From a virus (lineage: Duplodnaviria > Caudoviricetes): a stretch of 64,000 nucleotides of DNA. The position numbers were made by a program, and so were the translations under genes. This document shows, piece by piece, positions 9,336 to 16,426 of this stretch (position 1 is its first letter; every line of letters begins with the position of its first letter). The notes beneath the pieces are model-generated. The model was not told where the DNA came from. It saw nothing but the letters and a program-made list of their open reading frames with translations, and made no database searches. The stretch spans positions 81,002 through 145,001 of IMG/VR virus record IMGVR_UViG_3300032030_000015, one strand, 5' to 3'.

Positions 9336-10559
9336 TCATTTCGGCAACTTGTGCCTGAGCGCCTTCCAGTCGGGCTTCTCGGGCGTCTTCGCCTTGAAGT
9401 TGTAGATGGGCTTGATGACGTCGATGACGTCCACCGTCGGGCCGATCTGCTCGACGATTTCCTGCATGGGCTTGTACACCATGGGGCTCTCGTCGATGGT
9501 CTCGGCGCAGACGCTGGTAGAGTAGATGCCGTCCATCGTGCGCTCGAAGTCCTCCAGGCTGATGCTCTGCTGGGCCTGCTTGCGCGACATGAGGCGGCCT
9601 GCGCCGTGGGGTGCGGAGTAGAGCCAGTCGATGTTTCCCTTGCCTCGGCAGAGCAGCGAGCCGTCGCGCATGTTCATCGGGATGATGAGCCGCTCGCCGT
9701 TGAGCGCCCTCACGGCCCCCTTGCGCAGGATGCGGTGCTTGATGTCGATGTAGTTGTGGATGGTCGTGAAGTTGTAGGGGCTCGGGAACATCCACCCCAT
9801 CGCGTCGCAGATAATCCTGGCCATCGTGTGGCGGTTGTCCTCGGCATAGAGCTGGCACAACTGCATGTCCTTGAGGTAGTGCTCGGCATCCATGCCCTCG
9901 ATGAAGGCCAGGTCTTTCGGCACCCGCTTAGCCTTCTGCTTCGCCTCGCGGATGGTGTCTGCTATCTCCTTCTGTCGGCCCTCAGCCTTCAGCCGGGCTA
10001 TAATCTCCTTCTCGTCGTAACCCAGCCCACGGCACAGATATTCCTCTGCCCGCCGCTGCCAGTATTCGCAGACGCGCTTGCCGAGATTACGGCTGCCTGA
10101 GTGGATGACCAGGTACTTCGTGCCGTCGCTGCCCTCGTCCACCTCGATGAAGTGGTTGCCGCCGCCCAGCGTTCCGATGCTGCGCTGCGCCAAGTCTTCG
10201 TCGATGGCCTCGCGGCAATAGAGGCGGTCCAGAAACGGCACGTCCGTCACCGGCTTCTCGTGGACGTTGAAGCCGCTGGGAATCTCGTTGTTCACCACGC
10301 GGTCGAGTTCTTCGAGGTTGATGTCCGTCTTCCCGAGGTTCACCACCAGCATGCCGCAGCCGATGTCCACGCCAACCGTGTTCGGCACGATGCGGTCTTT
10401 TAGCGCAATCACCGTCCCGATGGTGCAGCCCGCCCCGGCGTGGCAGTCGGGCATAATCCTCACGGTGCAATCCTTGTAGGCATCGCACTCGCTCATTTCC
10501 TTAATCTGCCTCTCCGCCGTCTCCTCCAGCGTGGCAGCGTAAATCTTCAGTTTCTCCAT
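9336..10559 (-). CDS. rtcB: RtcB family RNA 2',3'-cyclic phosphate/5'-OH ligase (true start MEKLKIY at 10559)
   Basis: MPDCHAG, VGVDIGCGM, GTLGGGNHFIE, IHSGSRNLG, HNY, RKGA, SAPHGAGR and DESPMVYK: all RtcB catalytic motifs are present. Confidence 0.95.
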   Translation of the reverse strand: MEKLKIYAATLEETAERQIKEMSECDAYKDCTVRIMPDCHAGAGCTIGTVIALKDRIVPNTVGVDIGCGMLVVNLGKTDINLEELDRVVNNEIPSGFNVHEKPVTDVPFLDRLYCREAIDEDLAQRSIGTLGGGNHFIEVDEGSDGTKYLVIHSGSRNLGKRVCEYWQRRAEEYLCRGLGYDEKEIIARLKAEGRQKEIADTIREAKQKAKRVPKDLAFIEGMDAEHYLKDMQLCQLYAEDNRHTMARIICDAMGWMFPSPYNFTTIHNYIDIKHRILRKGAVRALNGERLIIPMNMRDGSLLCRGKGNIDWLYSAPHGAGRLMSRKQAQQSISLEDFERTMDGIYSTSVCAETIDESPMVYKPMQEIVEQIGPTVDVIDVIKPIYNFKAKTPEKPDWKALRHKLPK

Positions 10560-10576
10560 ATTGTATGTTGTTAAAA

Positions 10577-11026
10577 GAGACACAGGCCCGGCGGCGTCGG
10601 ATGATGTCAGCGACAAGGACGATAGCCAGAGCAAGAACCGATGCCACACTCAGCAAGAGCAAGGTCATTTCCGGCGGGCGACGGCCCGCAGGCCCCGAGG
10701 GGAGAGTGTCGTGCGGCATCGTCAGCGTTTGTTGGTTTTGATTAAGTAAATCCGCGAAAGGGATTCGTGTCTACCAATTCCACCACTTGACCACTGGGGC
10801 CAAGACAGGACTCGAACCTGCACACTGTCATCAAACGTTCTAACCAGCTGAACTACTTGTGTAAGCACCACAAGGTGGGAGTCGAACCCACGACCTTCTG
10901 AATGTCGTTTGATACTTGCCAATAGCCCGTAAATGTTGGCACGTGCTACAGAACAAGACCACCTTCCGCTGCCGGTGCGCCGCAGTTTCGCAGTAGATAC
11001 CTTCAGTCTGCGGCTACCTGTGTCTC
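10577..11026 (-). ncRNA. ~450-nt structured RNA containing two circularly permuted tRNA-like (YrlA-like) domains
   Basis: A 10-bp terminal stem GAGACACAGG/CCTGTGTCTC closes the whole intergenic region. It contains two T-arms (GGTTCGA), two loop-closed acceptor stems, two D-arms and further stems. Confidence 0.8.
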
Positions 11027-11042
11027 AATATGTCATAGAACT

Positions 11043-12200
11043 CTATTTCCCCAGCCCGTTCACCCGCTCGTAAACGTCGCGCAGTTCGTTGGGGATGATG
11101 ATGCCCAGGGCGGCTATGCGCTTCGACTCGGCCAGCTTCCACGCTTCGAGGTCGGCGGTCAGCTGCTGGTGGCGCTCCTTCTCGGCGGCGGCCCAGGCGT
11201 TGTACTCGGCCTGCAGCTCGCTGTGCTTGCGGCGCTCCTCCAGGATGTAGTTGTTCAGCTTGTCGCGCAGCACCGACATCTCGCGGTTGAAGTCCTCCGT
11301 GGCCTTCTGCCATTCGGCAGCCTTCGCCTGCTTGTCGGCCTCGATGGTGCGGTCGCGCTCGGCCAGCATGCCGTTCAGCTCGGCCTGCAGGGCGCGGTGC
11401 TCGGCAGCCAGGCGGAAGAACATGCCATCGACGTACTCCTGCGACACCGAGGGCGTGAACTCAATCATCATCGTCTGCGTCCCCTCGCCTGTGGTGCCCA
11501 CGGGGTTGGCGATGACGTGGCGCAAGTTCCTGCGCTCAGTGGCCAGCTTGCCGTCGTCGTGGATGAACTTGCCGATGACGGCAGCCTTCGCCTCCAGGAG
11601 CAACATGCGGTTGCGGTCCTTCACCGACAGCGTGGCCATGTACTCGTCCTCGGTCATCGCCGCCTTCTGCTTCACCTCGGCAGGCATCTTCAGGCCAGCC
11701 TTCAAGCAGAACAGCTGTATCTGATTGTACCCGAAAGCCACCATCGGATTCAGCGACTTCTTCACGTCGGGGAACTTGCCGTCGATGTCGGGCACCTCAT
11801 AGCCGCGCTCCTTCATCCACGTGTCGATGTTCGTGTCTACCTTCGGCACCTCCGCGCCGCCCAGCACCTCCTTGCAGTACGTCGCCAGCGTCGTCTGCTT
11901 CACCTCCGCCAGCAGCCGCTCGCGGGCCTTGATGGCCTCGCGCAGCCATGCTATCAGCGCATGCGCCTCGCCGATGTACGCCAGGCTGTCATACGTCTTG
12001 TCCAGCTGCTCCGCCGTGTTGCCCACCTTGCTCTGCTTCGGCTCGCCGCCGCTCAGCAGGCACACCTTCGTGCCGTAGAAACTCACCCCCGACAGCTCGT
12101 CGGCCAGGTTCTTCACACTCTCCTTCGCCATGTTCGCCACATGGTTCGCGCTCGTCGAGGTCAGTCCAGCCTCGCCAAAATAAATGTAGTCTGATTTCAT
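11043..12200 (-). CDS. Phage coiled-coil protein of unknown function, immediately upstream of the ncRNA
   Basis: Long ORF with FGEAGLTSTSANHVANMAKE, LIAWLREAIKA and a C-terminal GIIIPNELRDVYE; extensive heptad helices. Confidence 0.85.
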   Translation of the reverse strand: MKSDYIYFGEAGLTSTSANHVANMAKESVKNLADELSGVSFYGTKVCLLSGGEPKQSKVGNTAEQLDKTYDSLAYIGEAHALIAWLREAIKARERLLAEVKQTTLATYCKEVLGGAEVPKVDTNIDTWMKERGYEVPDIDGKFPDVKKSLNPMVAFGYNQIQLFCLKAGLKMPAEVKQKAAMTEDEYMATLSVKDRNRMLLLEAKAAVIGKFIHDDGKLATERRNLRHVIANPVGTTGEGTQTMMIEFTPSVSQEYVDGMFFRLAAEHRALQAELNGMLAERDRTIEADKQAKAAEWQKATEDFNREMSVLRDKLNNYILEERRKHSELQAEYNAWAAAEKERHQQLTADLEAWKLAESKRIAALGIIIPNELRDVYERVNGLGK

Positions 12201-12234
12201 ATTCACCTATTTATTTCTAATTACACTATCTGTC

Positions 12235-12544
12235 TCATCCCAGCAGCAGCCGCAGGGCGAACTTCGCGTTTCCGGCGTCGCCTATGCGCAGCACCTCGTC
12301 GTACACCCGTTCCAGGCTTCGGGGATTCACGTTCTTGAACTTGTTCATCTCCGGCACGGTCAGCCTGTGCCCGGCCACCGTCGCAATCTTGAACAGCATC
12401 GCCGTGCGGCTCAGTCCGTTGCCCCGAAAAACGGGGCGAGCCTGCTTCTGCTCGGCATAGCCGGTGCCAGCACCGCTCTGCTCTCGCTTGCCCGCAGCCT
12501 TGCCGCTGAACCTCGTCGGGGGGGGGTAATTTCGTCGTTCTCAT
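12235..12544 (-). CDS. Small protein out of frame at a C9 tract and containing a palindromic repeat insertion
   Basis: With C8 instead of C9 (12518-12526) it reads MRTTKLPPPTRFSG...MLFKIATVAGHRLTVPEMNKFKNVNPRSLERVYDEVLRIG..LLLG*, with typical GC3 codon usage. Confidence 0.55.
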
Positions 12545-12572
12545 AATCGTGTAGCTTTTATTGTTTCACCGC

Positions 12573-13040
12573 TTAATCATTCAGACATTTCAGAATAGAA
12601 TTAAGCAAATCCATGAATGTTCTTTTATGCACTGTGGTAGCCATGTGCTGACGCTCGGCCTCAGACAGCATTCCCTCAATTTTTCTCTTGGCGTTTTCCT
12701 GCCGCTTCTGCAGCATCTCAATCTCCTGGGCATACGTCGCGATGCGCTTGTCGCAGTCCTGGCGCGTCTGCTCCATGCGCTCGCGGAACGCCCTGCCCTG
12801 CTCCTCCAGCTCCGCATCCTTGTCACGGATGCGCTCACGCAGGTTCTCCACCAGCTGCTGCTGGCTGGCTGCACTCTTCTTGGCAGTCTCCCACTTCTCC
12901 AGGGCACTGTAGTACATCTCGTTCAGCCCGCGCACATTCTCGCCGGCCTTCTCCAGCTTCTCCTTCAAGTCCGCCACCTCCTCGGCAAACGGATTGCGGC
13001 CACGGATGACCAACACCAGGTTCTTGAAATATTGCTTCAT
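12573..13040 (-). CDS. Coiled-coil hypothetical protein
   Basis: ORF in the early operon with heptad repeats. Confidence 0.7.
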   Translation of the reverse strand: MKQYFKNLVLVIRGRNPFAEEVADLKEKLEKAGENVRGLNEMYYSALEKWETAKKSAASQQQLVENLRERIRDKDAELEEQGRAFRERMEQTRQDCDKRIATYAQEIEMLQKRQENAKRKIEGMLSEAERQHMATTVHKRTFMDLLNSILKCLND

Positions 13041-13052
13041 AGTCCGCCGCGA

Positions 13053-13271
13053 TTATTTGTTACGGGTAATCCTGACCTTGACCGACGTGCTGCCGTCCAC
13101 CGTCCGCTCCGAGCGCGGCACCTTGTTCACCGTGAACTCCATGTCGTGGTCCTTCATCGACGTGGCCTGCACGCGCACCGACTTCAGCTTCCGCCTGTCG
13201 GCCAGCGTGAAGGTGCGGCTCTGCCCCACCCGCATCCTGTTGAAATCCTCAACTGTAACTGTCTCTCGCAT
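13053..13271 (-). CDS. Small DNA-binding protein in the Cro position
   Basis: First gene of the leftward early operon, divergent from the repressor; small and basic. Confidence 0.55.
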   Translation of the reverse strand: MRETVTVEDFNRMRVGQSRTFTLADRRKLKSVRVQATSMKDHDMEFTVNKVPRSERTVDGSTSVKVRITRNK

Positions 13272-13327
13272 TTCTTTAATATTCTTAATTCTTCGTTACG
13301 TTTCACCCAAAAGCGGGAGAAAAGCCT

Positions 13328-13335
13328 TACCTTTG
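13328..13335 (+). promoter_or_regulatory. Bacteroidetes -7 promoter element (TACCTTTG) facing the repressor gene
   Basis: Matches the TAnnTTTG consensus and is followed by CA. Confidence 0.55.
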
Positions 13336-13461
13336 CATCTGCTACAATGACAACAGGCGACGCAACGCTTTCCGCTGAAAGGCGCTCTTCAAGCGTCCGC
13401 AGGCTCTATCTGTCCGCTATGCCCGGCATTAACTAATTAATTAATTAACACGTCGGGAGTG

Positions 13462-13469
13462 CAAAGATA
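13462..13469 (-). promoter_or_regulatory. Bacteroidetes -7 promoter element (TATCTTTG) for the leftward early operon
   Basis: TAnnTTTGCA on the minus strand; TAATGTTG repeats just upstream are operator candidates. Confidence 0.6.
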
Positions 13470-13551
13470 AGAAATAATGTTGTAACGCCGTAATGTTGCG
13501 TAAATAATTTAAGAGATTTTTAGATTTTAGTTATAACAAAACATCAACATT

Positions 13552-14148
13552 ATGGAAGAAAAGAAGAAAGAACAGACCAGACTGGCACGTGTGTTACGCC
13601 ATCTCCGGATGCAGGGAAAAATCAGTAGTGACAAGGACTTTGCCGACAAGGTAGGCACGACTGCAACCACCGTTTCGCGCAATAAGAACAGCGGCAACCC
13701 GTTCGACGAGAAAATCATGCGCGGCGTCTACAAGGCGTTCGGCGACATCATCAACATCGACTACTTGCGTGGCGAGAGCGACATCATGCTGGTGAAGGAC
13801 TTGCCGTCCGGCAAGGATGCGAATGCCAATCCGCAGGAAACAACCCCGCTACATCCCGATTGCAACGGCTTGATAAGCGTCGCCCTCGCCGCCAAGGATG
13901 AAGTCATTGACACCCTGAAGCGCCAACTTGCCGGCACGATTGCCGCCAAGGACGAGACCATCGCCGTCCAGAAGTGCGAGCTGGCCGCCAAGGACGAGAT
14001 TATTGCCACAAAGGATGCCCTTATCAAGAACCTCCAGCAGACAGTCTCCTCTCTCCGAGCCGACCTGTCGATGGAAAAAGGGCTCTCGACTGGTACTTCC
14101 CTGTCGGCACCTGCTGACACAAATCCGCGTCCTCGTAAGAACGTGTAG
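13552..14148 (+). CDS. CI-like HTH repressor with a C-terminal coiled coil
   Basis: SDKDFADKVGTTATTVSRNKN HTH, INIDYLRGE motif, AAKDE(T/I)I heptad repeats, divergent position. Confidence 0.75.
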   Translation: MEEKKKEQTRLARVLRHLRMQGKISSDKDFADKVGTTATTVSRNKNSGNPFDEKIMRGVYKAFGDIINIDYLRGESDIMLVKDLPSGKDANANPQETTPLHPDCNGLISVALAAKDEVIDTLKRQLAGTIAAKDETIAVQKCELAAKDEIIATKDALIKNLQQTVSSLRADLSMEKGLSTGTSLSAPADTNPRPRKNV

Positions 14149-14235
14149 TCCACACCGTAAAGCGAAGTCAGCATCCAGTCACATCCGGCAGGATGCAGTC
14201 CTCGCGTGCGCGTACAATATATAGTGTGTAGGCGG

Positions 14236-15303
14236 CTACCCCTCTAATGCCAACGTCACGGTGAAGTCCACGTGCGGCATCTGCTGCTTCGTCTTGTCGT
14301 AGATGCTGATGCTTTTCTTCGCCGGCTCCACGATGACGGGTACGTAGGCGGCGGTCGTCTGCCCCGGTCCCTTGTACTTCATCCAGTGTCTTTTCCGCTT
14401 GCCGCCCAGGAACTCCATCGCCCACCATTCTGCCCACTCACGGGTGACATAGCCAGAGGACATCTGCCACGAGCGGCGGACGTCAGTGCCGATGGCCATC
14501 AGCGAGCGCGACGGGCGGAACGTCGGGCGCTCCACACGGCTGTACTGCTTCATGTCTACGTCTATCTGCATCGCCTCCTTTGTCATGCCGCTGCACGTCT
14601 CGATGGCTCCCCGACGGTTCAGGAAGAGGAAGTCCACGTACTCCTGACTGTCGCGCAGCACCATCGGCGCATGTGCCGACTGACTGTCCTCACCCGCCGT
14701 TGCCGTCGCAGGATAGAACACGCTCCGGGTACCGTCGTTGCTCACGTCCACCCACGACGTGATGCTGCTCTTCCCCACCCTCTCCGGCGACTCCGTTGGC
14801 TTGGTCGAAGCGTCGCCGTAGCGCAGGTTCTCATGCTCGCGGTACGACACGTCGGCATCGGCATTCGTTGGTATGATGCTCCGCTCCCACTCCGTGAAGC
14901 TGCCGAGGGCGCACTGGCCGCCTGTAAAGGTTCCGATGCTGGTCCGGGTGAACTCGCCGTCGGTGCTGTCGAGATACTCCGTGAATACCTCTATCGAGTA
15001 CGATCGGTAACGGCGGCTGACTGATGTCGTGCCGTTGGCCGCCGTCACCTCCGCCGAGAAGTCATAGTCGGCCCATATCGCCATGAGCGCCGACTTGATA
15101 TCAAACGTGACCGTGGTCTGTCCGCCCGTGTCCTCATGGAACTCACCCACCTTCCTGCCGTTATAGTACACATACACGCGGACAATGGTAAAAGGGCTGG
15201 TGACTGGCTCGCCCCACTCCAGTCCGCTGATAGTAATCACCACCGGCGAACCGGCAAAGTACGTATGTCCGCTACCGAACATCCCTGAAATCGTTACTGC
15301 CAT
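14236..15303 (-). CDS. Virion tail component
   Basis: Beta-rich; FLFLNRRGAIET and SSGY motifs typical of Bacteroidetes phage tail proteins; preceded by the late-promoter motif. Confidence 0.6.
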   Translation of the reverse strand: MAVTISGMFGSGHTYFAGSPVVITISGLEWGEPVTSPFTIVRVYVYYNGRKVGEFHEDTGGQTTVTFDIKSALMAIWADYDFSAEVTAANGTTSVSRRYRSYSIEVFTEYLDSTDGEFTRTSIGTFTGGQCALGSFTEWERSIIPTNADADVSYREHENLRYGDASTKPTESPERVGKSSITSWVDVSNDGTRSVFYPATATAGEDSQSAHAPMVLRDSQEYVDFLFLNRRGAIETCSGMTKEAMQIDVDMKQYSRVERPTFRPSRSLMAIGTDVRRSWQMSSGYVTREWAEWWAMEFLGGKRKRHWMKYKGPGQTTAAYVPVIVEPAKKSISIYDKTKQQMPHVDFTVTLALEG

Positions 15304-15317
15304 ATCGCTTTTTTGTC

Positions 15318-15355
15318 AGCAAGATACCGCGCTGAGGGCAGAAAATCAAGGGCAG
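15318..15355 (-). promoter_or_regulatory. Putative phage late promoter, copy 1
   Basis: CTGCCCTTGATTTT-N14-GTATCTTGC. Confidence 0.7.
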
Positions 15356-15428
15356 ACGAGTGCGAGAAAAGAGCGCAACACAATAAATCGCCACACAATT
15401 CCGTTATAACATAAAAGCTACAACAAAC

Positions 15429-16424
15429 ATGAAAACAAAAACATTCCTTTCCGCAAGCCGCCTGGCAGTGCTGATGCTTGTATGTGTGTTTACGTTCGGT
15501 TTTGCAGGCTGTGGTGGTGATGACGACGAACCAACAGGACAACCGAAAGAAAAGTCTATTGACGAGTTGCTGTCCAATGAGACAACCCCAATAGATTTTA
15601 AGTTTAGCGAATATTTATATGACTGGGATCAGTTTATTTTGTTTGATTATGCGGGAAACAACTATGTCGGTACAGACACTATTGTCAGAGGATCCCGATA
15701 TACGCTTGACCTACGACAAGGTAAGCATAGCTTGTTATGGATTTTTGGTTTAGATAATAACGATTATCTTAATCAGTATTGGAAAAACGCTGATGATATG
15801 TTTTATGCGGGTGTCCACTACAATCCGGAGAATAAATCATTTTCAGTATATGACAAATACGCAAGTCCTGGAAAGGTTAAATACTGCGAAAAGGAATTGG
15901 AGATAACGCCATATTTGATGGCAGCACAACAGATAGAGTTCACTAACTATGTTGCCGGAAGCGTACAAATTATAGTTACTGATATACCAAAAGGGACAGC
16001 AATGCCAGAATGGATTGAAGATGCTCACGGCTGGGATTGGGTGAAGATTGGTAAAGTGACAGGCATACCATCCATCAAAACAGTTTTCTTGAAGAACAAT
16101 GACTATAGGTTGCAGGAGAAAGTTTCTGTAGATATGTTTCTTCAAGTTGACACGGAACACAGATGGAGTAATCAGCGCGACGAGAGTGCCCGCGATGAAG
16201 GGTTGGAGATAAATTCGCTATATTCCACAACACTCTGCCCTCTCAGTGGTCTTGACAACATTCAATTAGGTGTTGATGTCTGGGACGTTAATGGGAATCT
16301 CCTTCCGACCAATTCATTGCCAACTTTTAATATGCGACGTGGCTACGTCACAACGTTGCGCGGCCCTCTTTTCTCCGGTTCGACATCCGACTGGACGGTT
16401 AAGATGGAACCGTATGACAATTAA
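15429..16424 (+). CDS. Surface lipoprotein, FimB/Mfa2-like (moron)
   Basis: SPII lipobox FAGC followed by acidic GGDDDE; C-terminal MRRGYVTTLRGPLF; low GC; opposite strand to its neighbours. Confidence 0.65.
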   Translation: MKTKTFLSASRLAVLMLVCVFTFGFAGCGGDDDEPTGQPKEKSIDELLSNETTPIDFKFSEYLYDWDQFILFDYAGNNYVGTDTIVRGSRYTLDLRQGKHSLLWIFGLDNNDYLNQYWKNADDMFYAGVHYNPENKSFSVYDKYASPGKVKYCEKELEITPYLMAAQQIEFTNYVAGSVQIIVTDIPKGTAMPEWIEDAHGWDWVKIGKVTGIPSIKTVFLKNNDYRLQEKVSVDMFLQVDTEHRWSNQRDESARDEGLEINSLYSTTLCPLSGLDNIQLGVDVWDVNGNLLPTNSLPTFNMRRGYVTTLRGPLFSGSTSDWTVKMEPYDN

Positions 16425-16426
16425 TG

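Noticed and set aside
10795-10862. Canonical tRNA gene (D-arm 1 plus T-arm 2 read linearly)
   Set aside because: There is no anticodon stem-loop between the arms and only about 4 bp of acceptor pairing; the permuted pairings are longer and self-consistent.
10560-10922. ORF-track N-terminal extension of RtcB to 10649 and small ORFs 10501..10719 and 10722..10922
   Set aside because: They overlap the structured RNA; RtcB homology begins at MEKLKIY, which has a typical AT-rich leader.
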